Below are positions 1-12,600 of a DNA stretch of 64,000 nt, piece after piece. The notes beneath the pieces were generated by a model. It searched no databases and had not been told where the DNA came from. It saw nothing but the letters and a program-made list of their open reading frames with translations. Position numbers and translations under genes: made by a program. This DNA is from Nemertoderma westbladi (taxonomy: Eukaryota; Animalia; Xenacoelomorpha), in contig JAUCBJ010008071.1 in NCBI GenBank assembly GCA_032718475.1, positions 1-64,000 of the forward strand, in the 5' to 3' direction. Every line of letters begins with the position of its first letter. The stretch's first letter is position 1.

Positions 1-385
1 AAAACGTACGCTTCTTAACTAATAAACTAAAACAATACTTTTATTGATTATAAATTAGTTCGTATTAAATGAAATTAAAGAATAATTAAATACATTTATT
101 ACGCAAAAATGTAATAAATAATTTGCAAAAAATAAATAGATACTGCTGGAATCGGACTCGAGACTATGTTAAGTGAGTATCCAGGATTGGCGTAGCGACA
201 TAAAAAGGTGAAATTGTGAAAAAAGTGACAAACGATTCCAAAAATTCTTTGGGTAGATAAAATCTTAAAACTTAAAGTAAATAATTATTTAGACTAATAC
301 TAATAATTTGTGTAACAATGACAATATTTTTAACGATATAATATTCACACTTTGAAATATATACTTATTGTTTCTGCAAGTCACC

Positions 386-680
386 ATGGCAGCAGTTTTG
401 GAGGGTGTATCAAACCACCAACAACAACACTTTCCTTTGACACCGGAATTAAATGACGCAGATAAACTCGCTATTTGGAATAGTGTTTGCGAGTTTATTC
501 GCAAACAGATGAACTTTCACAAAGGAGTAAATATCAATGGTTTCGGTATATTTACCTTCTGTTACAAGAAACTCGAATCTTCAGGCAACAATGTCTACGA
601 AATTAAACGACCGGTTTTTATATTATCTGAGAAATTCGCTTTAATGTATGGACTAGAAGGGAGCAAACACTTCACTACAG
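386..680 (+). CDS. CCDC81: CCDC81 coding exon 1
   Basis: Kozak-like caccATGG at 386; ends ACAG|gtgagt (phase 1). Confidence 0.88.
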
Positions 681-3600
681 GTGAGTGACCTGATTCAAAA
701 ATTATAATTCCATTTTATATAGGCCTATCATTGATTGTAACTATCCCTTTCTTTCCAACTATACAGTGAGTTACGAATTATGTTTATTCATTTGTCAATA
801 ACGTTAAGTAAAAACCTTACGGGTAGGTATGTCAGTACCAAAGTATGTAAAAAAATAAAAAGCAACAAGACCTAGACGTTGCAAACAATCAGTGATGAGC
901 TGACAGCAGTCAGCTGATTGGTAGGTTTCGCCCCCCAGCTGAAGGTATTCTCAGGAGGCCAAGCCAGGAAATGTAGAGATAAATTCACAAAGGGAGACGG
1001 AACTGGCATTGAAATGATACATGTAATGATAATTGAATTATATAAATTAGCGCAAGTTTGTGGTGCTGCTTCCAAGTGGTTTACCTACATACCTCTCTCT
1101 TCATTTCAATACCCGTTCCGTCTCCCTTTGTGAATTTTTCACTACATTTCCTGGCTTGACCTCCTGAGATTGCCTTCAGCTGTGGGGCGAAACCTACCAA
1201 TCAGCTGGCTGCCGTCAGCTGAACACTGATAGCATACAACGCCTAGGTCCTGTTGCTTTTTAGTTTTTTACATACTTTGGTACTAACACACCTACCGGTA
1301 AGGTGTTTTACTTAACGTGCTTGACTGTTGATGATGATAGGTTGATCAAGCTTCTACTTCTACAGTTAGTTAAGTTCAAAATTGTTGCCAATACAACAAC
1401 AACTGTATGTTTGGTATAAGAAGCCACATTTGCCATTGTGTACCAATTTAACGCCACCCCCCCCCCCCCTCCCGTCCTCAGGTGATGTACCAATGTACCC
1501 CCCTCCCCTCAGGTGATGTACCAATTAATTTACCCCTCCCCTCAGGTGATGTACCAATTGACCTCCAATCGGGTGATGTACCAATTGCCCCCCCCCCCAC
1601 CCTACCTTCCCTTCAGGTGATGTACCAATTCCCCCCCCCCCTCTCAGGTGATGTACCAATTTACCTCCCCTCAGGTGATGTACCAATTTACCCCCCCCCC
1701 CCTTAACAGGTGATGTACCAATTTACCTCCCCTGAGGGGATGTACCAATTTACCCATCCCCTCAGGTGATGTTCCAATTTACCCCTCCCCTCAGGTGATG
1801 TACCAATTTCCCTCCCTCGGGTGATGTACCAATTTACCCCCCTCCCCCCTTCCCTCAGGCGATGTTCTAATTTACCCCACCAACCCCCCCCCCCCCCCCT
1901 CTCTCAGATGATGTACCAATTTAGCCCCTCCCCCCTTCCCTCAAGGCGATGTTCTAATTTACCCCACCCCCCACCACCACCCCCCCTCTCTCAGGTGATG
2001 TACCAATTACCCCCCCCCCCCCTCTCTCAGGCGATGTTCTAATTTACCCCCCCCCCCCCCCCCCCTCTCTCAGGTGATGTACCAATTGTCCCACTGAATT
2101 ACTCCGAGATCGCAAACACTGGACCCTACGCCAGATCCACCGTTATGGACTCCGTTAAAGAATTGTTGCTTACTATGGCGCGTTCGGTGCAGCAAGGAAG
2201 ACCTGTCGAGATCAACCTAGAAGGAATCGGTAGATTCTCTGTCAGAGATTCTAAATCTAAAATGAAGTTTTATAAACATTTCGTTATGGAAGTATCAGAG
2301 AACGAGAATGCTATTACTGTTAGTTTTTATACTTATACTGACATTAGATAGAGATACATTGGTGTGTGCATTAATTGTTTAGGTTAACATATCGTTTGGT
2401 TCATTTTCCAGCAGTCAAGAGCCAAATCCTAGCTGGTCAATAGAAAACTTCTGTACCTACTGTACACGTGTACAGTAGTGTGTGTCTCTAGACCTCCGGC
2501 TAGACATGGTCTGCGAAAAGCTTACTAATAGTATGCAGGATGCAGCTCCTGATAGGTACCGGTACTTAGCGGCAGAGGATATCATGTAGGCCTTCAGAGA
2601 ATAACCGTAAAATATTTAGAGGAAGAATTACAAGCTACTGCAGGAGATTTAGATGGGGAAAAAAAGAGGCGAAATCACGAGTGGAACTGAGAGAGTTTGT
2701 CCGGGTTCAGGTTCTATCCAAAAAGGTAGGCCTATTAATTGCAACCGGACCAGATTGTAAAGGTGACCACTATTGTAAATGGGGACTATATCTCTTTACT
2801 GCAACTTACAAATGATTCTCAATCGTTCAGACAAAAGGAAGGCTGGGATCTCGATTTTTTGTGGTTTATGTTTTGTTATAGATAAACATTCAATTGTTGT
2901 TTTCTAACTACTGAAATTATAGTTGTGTACCAAATCAACTACTATTTAAACCTCTTGGTTTACTGCATGTAACCAAACCATGTTAGAAGATTATATTGGT
3001 TATTTCATATATTTTGTTACCTAGGTGATGCAGAAACGACCGTGGACGTCGGATTCCGTGATGACATGCAGATCGGAATTCCGACCGGAAACTAGAACGC
3101 TTCTGCTCCCTCTTACGGGTGGATTGGGAACTGATGCTAAGATGCCAGACATTGAGGAGGAGGCGGCAGTTATTGAGGAGAAAGGTGGTAGGGTTGAGTT
3201 TAATGAAGATATTGATGTGAGGTTGGATGTGGAGGATAACATCGACGAAGAGATTGAAACATATAAAAGAGACGTTCAAGATATAACTTATAGGTAAATT
3301 TGTTGTAAATATATACGGTACACTAATTTACTTAAATAAAATTGATTCCTTCCACAAAGTTGTCTTTTTTTTAACTGATTTCTAACCGACTTCTCATAAA
3401 TACATTTCTACTTCTTGACTAAATAAATGAATTGAAATGAAAGAAAGGGAACTTACTGTACGTTTAATATTTCTAAAAATTTTGGACACGTGCGTTCAAA
3501 AACAGTGGTTGGTTAATACAACAGCATAGCAGCTGTCTGTTTTCATAAAAATGTAGGACATTCAAGGACTTGTACACCTGAGTGTACTACGGGAAATTTG

Positions 3601-6600
3601 ATTTCCGACAAAAGTGGTTCGATTGAATTTTACCTTTGCGAGTTTATTAGAAGCCCTCACTATGAGTTATATGGAGCTCCACAGACTTTACAGGTAACAG
3701 CCAAGAGAGAGGATCTGTCGGTGCCTCCGATTGAACGTTTACCAAAAACTTAAATTTAAGTTTACTGAGGTGATTAATACTGAAGTGTAAAACAGAATGA
3801 CTGTACAGCATTAAAATAAACTTTTAAGTGTTTAGCGTGATTTCATTGAATTTGAAATTTCAGTTTAAACCGGAAAATTGTTGGTGTGACACAACAATAT
3901 CTGGTGGACACAACTGATTTTCGATATTTTAACCAATTTACTGTAATCTAATCATTTAATCTTTAAACCAATTTATCCCGGAATATGAATCAATATGAAA
4001 ATGACTATGAAGTAGAATTAATTAGCCAATTCCATTTGGTTTTCACTGCTTTGCTACAGGTCTACTACTCACTCACATTACAAAGACCCACACGAAACAG
4101 AACGGCCGCATTCTGCTGACGTCACACCGCTAATTAGCAAAGTAAATGAAAAGACCACGGATAAACCTATGTCAGCTTGTTCACATACGCAAAGGTAAAT
4201 ATATATTTATACCATGTTGATAAACTAATTAATAATAAAATTGAAACGTCATGTGTAATACAGTACCGGTAACAAGAATAATATTGACACAAATACAATC
4301 TTGGCGAATTTATATTAGTGAATTGTTAAATATCTATTACAGATAGCAGCAGAGGTTACAATGGCATGTCATTATATAATCAAAACAATAAACGAAATCA
4401 ATATCGCAGGTTAACGTATAAATTTAGCTGCTGGTGTAACAGCAACAGGCTGATATAACTCCCCAACAAATATGACTTCCCAGTGTTCTCAGCCTAGGCT
4501 GAGAACACTCCCCAGTGTTTTATCCCTAGATCTCTTAATTAACTGAAAGGAGCAGGTTACAGTGGCGGGCTTTTGTAACCAAAACAATAAACGTTATCTC
4601 AATAACATAGGTTGCAGTTTTATTTTTGCAATATACGAAAATAACACAGGCACGGATATGAATTATAACTCAATTAGGGGAGTCATCTCAGCCTAGGCCG
4701 AGATAACTGTGGAGTGTTCTCAGCCTAGGCTGAGATAACTTTGGAGTGTTCTCAGCTTAGGCTGAGATCACTGGGGAGTCATTTCAAGAGAGAGTTATCT
4801 CGGCCTTGTACACCTGTATTCAGCAGTTTATTCCGCTTATGTTCCCATTGCCATGGATCAATTTTTATTTTCCCTTATCTGGTAATAATAATTATTTATT
4901 ACTTGGGAAAAAGTATAACTTTTTTCACTATTCTCGCGTTATTTTGTTTTTTACCGAGCGCCTGAACGTGGTTAATAAAGGGCCGAGAGAATATTGAATA
5001 AAAAGGTTATTAAGGAAAAAAAAAAAGGTCCACACATTTTCCAATGTGTGGTTAGAATTCATCGAGGATTAGCTGCATTAAGGCCTATTAATATTTAAAT
5101 TATTAGAATTGACAGATCGATAGACTCATAGTTTATGTTGAGATAGTGGTACCAGTATGAGAGGTTCGCTTACTTGCGTGGCTCGCCCCACACATTCTAC
5201 GAGGTGCCGGTTTTTAGTCCGGGGCGCATCATTCCGAGGAGTGCCCGAGGAGTGCCCGATGAATGCCCCCCGATGAATGCCCGAGGAATGCCCGAGGAGT
5301 GTCCGTGGAGTGCCCGAGGAGTGCCCGATGAATGCCCGATGAATGGCCGAGGAGTGCCCGAGGAGTGCCCGAGGAGTGCCCCCCGATGAATGTCCGAGGA
5401 GTGCCCGAGGAGTGCCCGATGAATGCCCCCCGATGAATTCTCGGATGAATGCCCGATGAATGCCCGAGGAGTGCCCGAAGAGTGTCCGAGGAGTGCCCGA
5501 GGAGTGCCCGATGAATGCCCGAGGAGTGCCCGAGGAGTGTCCGTGGAGTGCCCGAGGAGTGCCCGAGGAGTGCCCGAGGAGTGCCCGATGAATGCCCGAG
5601 GAGTGCCCGAGGAGTGTCCGTGGAGTGCCCGAGGAGTGCCCGAGGAGTGTCCGAGGAGTGCCCGATGAATGCCCGAGGAGTGTCCGTGGAGTGCCCGAGG
5701 AGTGCCCGAGGAGTGCCCGATGAATGCCCGAGGAGTGCCCGAGGAGTGTCCGTGGAGTGCCCGAGGAGTGCCCGAGGAGTGTCCGAGAAGTGCCCGAGGA
5801 GTGCCCGAGGAGTGTCCGAAGAGTGTCCGAGGAGTGCCCGAGGAGTGTCCGAAGAGTGCCCGAGGAGTGCCCATACGGGCCGATTTTACTTTATCGGTGT
5901 CCTTTAGGTTTTATTGCTAGAAGATATAATATCAATTATTGAAGGTACAGACAGTCTAATGATATTTATACCATCAACATCAATAACCCTTTTTGGGACA
6001 GGGGGGGGGGGGGGGCTTGACGCTAATCGGCGAATTATCCGTCCTCAATATTATATTATAAATTTAGGGATAGGAGCTGGTTACAGTAAAACTTTATTCT
6101 AACCAAAACAATAAACGAAATTCAATAGAACAAACAGGTTACAGTTTTATTTTTGCGAGTAATCAGCTGTTACTTGCGTTGGATTTTGTCCCCATCTATC
6201 TGATCTGCCCATTTTATATTATCTTTGCAGAGCTGGTCAGGAGTTGTGCTATTGCTGTTACCAAAGGCAGAATAGGAATGTGGCTGTTGACTTCCGAGCT
6301 ATAAGAGAGGCCAAGTTAGCCGAAGACGACGCCCTATTGGATAAATACGCGTTGCTAAGAGATTCAGAAGCCATGTTAGCAACAGAGGAAAAATTACAGG
6401 AAAATAGAAATGAAAATCAAAAGGTTTGTGAGTCATTAATTAAGCCATGATGGAAGCCATGGTGATGAAGGACAAAGACAATAACTGTTGTGCTTGAATA
6501 GGAGTTTCTTAATCTACTTTCATTCAAAGAAATTCTATTCTAAAGACATTCTAGAACTTTCATTCAAAAATTAGAATGATTGATTTTGTGTAAGAATAAG

Positions 6601-9600
6601 GATGTCGCTGTTCATTAAATTTCGATGGGAGATGTGCTTTCATATTTCTTGAGCTGAAAAATTTAGAATGTATTTCTTTTTCACCAACTCATTGTTCAAT
6701 CCTTTACGTTTGGTTTGCATTGTGTGAAAATTTTTGATATTTTGCAAAGTGTTTTCTAAGTTGACAATCTACGGCTAAATCCTACAGTCAACTCTACCAA
6801 AATTATATTTACTTTAAAATGATTGTCATGCTGTTTTTGATCAGGTCTCTGAAATTTTTTTAATTGTTTTATCTTTTCAATAAATTAGTCGTCAGTAAAA
6901 TGTTTAAACCTATATAGGTTTTATAAGTAATTTATTAAACAACGTAGTATAAGAGTCTGTAGTACAGTACTGTAGTACTGTACTGTTTAAAGCTCATCCC
7001 ATCATAGTAGACATGTACCGAACAACAAGAGTCCCACAAGAAATGAAAACAAATAAGTTGGTGCCAGTTCCCAAGAAGGGCAACCTAACACTCTATGGTT
7101 CTTTTCGGGGAATCTCATTGATCTCGATTGCTGCAAAGCTATACAATAGGATTCTATTAAATCGCATCAGGGATCCCATTGAGAGACTGCTCCGTGGAAA
7201 TCAGAATGGGTTCCGTAAAGGTCGTGGGACCATGGAGCCCATTTTGGCACTTAGAAGGATAATTGAAGAGTTATCAAAAAAGAAAGACAGGCATCTGGCT
7301 GTTATCTTTGTTGACTTCTTCAAGGCCTTTGATTCAGTATCTCGCTCACGTATGTTCAGCATACTTTCATTATATGGGATTCCTGATGAAAATATTGCAG
7401 CAATCAGATCAGTATACGATGGTTCGACAACATTTGTGTCTACTGTTGACGGTGACACAGAACCATTTGAAGTGTTATGGGGCGTCCTCCAAGGAGACAC
7501 ACTGGCACCATTCTTGTTCATTATTGTGGTTGACTATGTTCTAGGCATGTCTTTAGATCATTATAATGATGATGGGGTGATGATAACTCCACCTACTGGC
7601 TCCAGAAGTCGAGGAAATCCTGCCAAGTACCTAACTGATCTAGACTTTGCTGATGACTTAGGAGTACTCTCAGAATCACTAGAGGGAGCCCAACGGCTCC
7701 TCAGCTCATTAGAACATGCTGCTTCTAGTGTTGGTCTTTTTATTAACTCTAGAAAGACCAAAATTCTGACAGTTAACTTTGAAAGTCCTCAGCAAGTCTC
7801 TGATCGGATGAGCATAAGCTCAAAGGATGGTATGCTTGAGCATGTGGACGACTTCTGTTACCTGGGATCATGGATCCGGAAGTCAGGTGAGGACCTTCGA
7901 ATACGTAAGGGAAAGGCATGGGCAGCCTTTAATAGGCTTTCCAGGATTTGCAAGTCACCGAGAATTAATCGGAAACTTAAGGTCCGATTATTTAGAGCAG
8001 CAGTAGTTCCAGTACTCCTCTACGGGAGTCCATGCTGGGTTCTAACTGCTGAGGACACCAAATCTCTGGATGGCACATTCACAAGAATGCTACGCCGTGT
8101 TCATTGTGTCAAGTACAATGCACACATCTCCAACCAGACACTATATAACATTGGAGATGTCTCATTGGTTCCCCCAAGCTTGACACTAGAACAAAATCGC
8201 CTCCGCTTTGCAGGACATTGCTTTCGCCGTGAGGACCAGCCAGTGCATAATCTTGTACTTTGGCAGCCTCATGGAGTGAATAAGCATGGTGGACAGCCCA
8301 TGACTTTCTTGAGACGCATCTTAAAGGACACTGGCCTTAAAGATGCGGATGATCTAGCAAATGTCATGGGTGATAGGGAGTTGTGGCGGTGCAATTTTGT
8401 TGACAAGCCGGCACAGCATTCTTAAAAATGCAGCTGCAATGCAGCATGCCGATCCTAGTAGTAGTAGTACTGTACTGTAGTACTGTACTGTAGTACTGTA
8501 CTGTAGTACTGTACTGTAGTACTGTACTGTAGTACTGTACTGTAGTACTGTACTGTAGTACTGTACTGTAGTACTGTACTGTAGTACTGTACTGTAGTAC
8601 TGTACTGTAGTACTGTACTGTAGTACTGTACTGTAGTACTGTACTGTAGTACTGTACTGTAGTACTGTACTGTAGTACTGTACTGTAGTACTGTACTGTA
8701 GTACTGTACTGTAGTACTGTACTGTAGTACTGTACTGTAGTACTGTACTGTAGTACTGTACTGTAGTACTGTACTGTACATTATAAGATATCCCAGTAAG
8801 GAAATTACAATATGCAGATAGCGGCATTCAACCAAGGTGTAGCCGAAGCACTTCGTGAGAAACGGAACGAGAAAGATATTGGATTCTATCGGTCGTTCCT
8901 TATGCCTAAACGACCGTGGACGCCGCCAAAAGACGAGGTTTATAAGAAATATTACGCAGAATTGGAGAGAATGACACAGTCCAGAGAGGAGAAACAAAGG
9001 AAGCGAAGGGAGAATAAAGTTAGTTAGAATTTAATAAAGTGGAGGATATACTGTATATGGTTAAGTAGATAAAGTGGTAGTATAAAGATGTTTAAGTAAA
9101 TAAAGTGGAGAACAAAGTTAGTTAAGTAGATAAAGTGGATGATACAAATAAAGTAAATAAATTTATAATTATAAGTAGATACATAAATTTATAATTAATT
9201 TATAATTCAAAAATAAAATTAAAGTAGATGTTGTTGAAATTGAGAAAAAAGTTAATTATAAGAATAATATAGAAATAAAGTGAGGTATAAATAGATAAAG
9301 TGGATAAATGGTAGTTAAAGTAGATAAAGGGATTTAGTTAACTTAGTTAATTTAGTTAACTAGTCAAATTTTAGTTAATTCAAATTTTTATGCAGCTCGA
9401 GTATAAATAATACTGTATATATGTACTATTTACATCTCATAATTATACTTTGTGTTTTAGGAATTTCTAGAACGTTTGGAACAATCTCAATTAGCAGAAG
9501 ATATTTTAAATTCTGAAGAAAAAGTTGCAAGAGAGAGTGCCGAACAGAAAGCTGCTTTGCAAAGAGCCTTACATATGCAGGTAGAGGTCAAAGGTCAAAA

Positions 9601-12600
9601 TAATATTCAGTTTTTATGATTTTACATTTAGGATTGATTATTGCTTAACCTATGATCAAATTATTACTCAGACATATTTAAATACATCAATGAGTGTGTA
9701 ATTAATTTGCAGATTCAAACGAAAGCTGCCCAGATACCGGCAAAACAGCCTGCACCGACAGAGCCAATATTTGGGGCCAATGATGCGGGAAACGAGGATA
9801 AGAAAGTCGAAGCGAGACAGAGAGCTGACAAGGTACAGACTAGTGTTCAATCGGGATCTAGATATGGTACAAAATACAGACTAGTGTTCAATCGGGATCC
9901 AGATATGGTACAGACAAGTGTTCAATCGGGATCCCAATAAGGTACAGACTAGTGTTCAATCGGGATCCAGATATGGTATAGACTGGTGTTCAATCGGGAT
10001 CCCAATATGGTTCAGACTGGTGTTTAATCGGGATCCCAATATGGTACAGACTTGTGTTCAATAGGGATCCCAATATGGTTCAGACTAGTGTTCAATTTGG
10101 GATCCCAATATGGTACAGACTAGTGTTCAATCGGGATTCCAATAGGCCTATGGTACAAAATAGAAACTAGTGTTCAATATAGATCCCAATATGGTACAGA
10201 CTAGTGTTCAATCGGGATCCCAATATGGTACAGACTAGTGTTCAATCGGGATCCCAATATGGTACAGACTAGTGTTCAATCGGGATCCCAATTTGGTACA
10301 GACTAGTATTCAATCGGGATCCCAATAAGGTACAGACTAGTGTTCAATCGGGATCCCAATATGGTACAGACTAGTGTTCAATCGGGATCCCAATATGGTA
10401 CAAAATACAAACTAATGTTCAATTGGGATCCCAATATGGTACGAACACGTATTCAATCGGGATCCTAATGGTACACACTTAGTGTTCAATTGGGATCCCG
10501 ATATGATACAAGCTAGTATTCAATCACGATCCCGAAAGTTACAGGTATGAATAGAATACAACGAAATATCATGTTGATAATTTTGAAAGCTTTTGCCGAT
10601 TGATCTCGACAATAACGATCATACTTAAGATCTGAGCTTATTGTGATACCTAAATCTCTACAATTTGTCTCAGCACCCAGTAGTTCTTTGCAGCACTAGA
10701 CGATAACAACTAGGATAGTAGCCTTGTCATCGCCTAGTTAACATTACCTAAACAATAAATAATATTCTTAATACTGAATTAATGTATTTTAATCCTTTAT
10801 TAGCTAAACCGCGGTAGAATAATAAGCGATTAAATTAACGCCAAACATTTAATTTCAGGTGCAGGACGATTTAGCAAAAGAGATAGCCAATAAGCGTCGA
10901 GAGCAAGTATTGCGAGAGCTTGTGGAGCAACGAGAATCCCAACAGATGTTAACAAAACTGAACCAAGATATGAGAGAAGAGAGACTGAGGAGGCAGAATA
11001 AACTGCTGAATCTAAGAAGGTAAGAAGTTAAGGCAAATATTATTATATAAAACGAATACAGTAATCATTTATAATAATGTAGAATATATACCAGAAAGGT
11101 TTCCAGTACAAGGTGCGATAACCTCCCTGATCCTCCAGGAGAGATACAGTAATCATTTATAATAATGTAGAATATATACCAGAAAGGTTTCCAGTACAAG
11201 GTACGATAACCTCCCTGATCCTCCAGGAGAGATACAGTAATCATTTATAATAATGTAGAATATATACCAGAAAGGTTTCCAGTACAAGGTGCGATAACCT
11301 CCCTGATCCTCCAGGAGAGATACAGTCATCATTTATAGTACTGTAGAATATATACCAGAAAAGTTTCCAGTACAAGGTACGATAACCTCCCTGATCCTCC
11401 AGGAGAGATACAGTCATCATTTATAGTACTGTAGAATATATACCAGAAAAGTTTCCAGTACAAGGTACGATAACCTCCCTGATCCTCCAGGAGAGATACA
11501 GTCATCATTTATAGTACTGTAGAATATATACCAGAAAAGTTTCCAGTACAAGGTACGATAACCTCCCTGATCCCCCAGGAGAGATACAGTCATCATTTAT
11601 AGTACTGTAGAATATATACCAGAAAAGTTTCCAGTACAAGGTACGATAACCTCCCTGATCCTCCAGGAGAGATACAGTCATCATTTATAGTACTGTAGAA
11701 TATATACCAGAAAAGTTTCCAGTACAAGGTGCGATAACCTCCCTGATCCTCCAGGAGAGATACAGTCATCATTTATAGTACTGTAGAATATATACCAGAA
11801 AGGTTTCCAGTACAAGGTACGATAACCTCCCTGATCCACCAGGAGAGATACAGTCATCATTTATAGTACTGTAGAATATATACCAGAAAAGTTTCCAGTA
11901 CGAGGTGCGATAACCTCCCTGATCCTCCAGGAGAGATACAGTAATCATTTATAATAATGTAGAATATATACCAGAAAGGTTTCCAGTACAAGGTTCGATA
12001 ACCTCCCTGATCCTCCAGGAGAGATACAGTAATCATTTATAATACTGTAGAATATATACCAGAAAGGTTTCCAGTACAAGGTGCGATAACCTCCCTGATC
12101 CTCCAGGAGAGATACAGTCATCATTTATAATACTGTAGAATATATACCAGAAAGGTTTCCAGTACAAGGTGCGATAACCTCCCTGATCCTCCAGGAGAGA
12201 TACAATCATCATTAATAATACTGTAAAATATATACCAGAAAGGTTTCCAGTACAAGGTGCGATAACCTCCCTGATCCTCCAGGAGAGATACAGTAATCAT
12301 TTATAATAATGTAGAATATATACCAGAAAGGTTTCCAGTACAAGGTGCGATAACCTCCCTGATCCTCCAGGAGAGATACAGTCATCATTTATAATACTGT
12401 AGAATATATACCAGAAAGGTTTCCAGTACAAGGTGCGATAACCTCCCTGATCCTCCAGGAGAGATACAATCATCATTAATAATACTGTAAAATATATACC
12501 AGAAAGGTTTCCAGTACAAGGTGCGATAACCTCCCTGATCCTCCAGGAGAGATACAGTAATCATTTATAATACTGTAGAATACTGTATATACCAGAAAGG

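Noticed and set aside
184-200. RFX X-box candidate upstream of the ciliary/centrosomal gene CCDC81 (ggcgtagcgac)
   Set aside because: Only a half-site match; cannot be distinguished from chance
5174-5942. Overlapping repetitive ORFs (PEECPRSARGV / GHSSGTPRALL)
   Set aside because: Translations of an 11-bp minisatellite inside a CCDC81 intron
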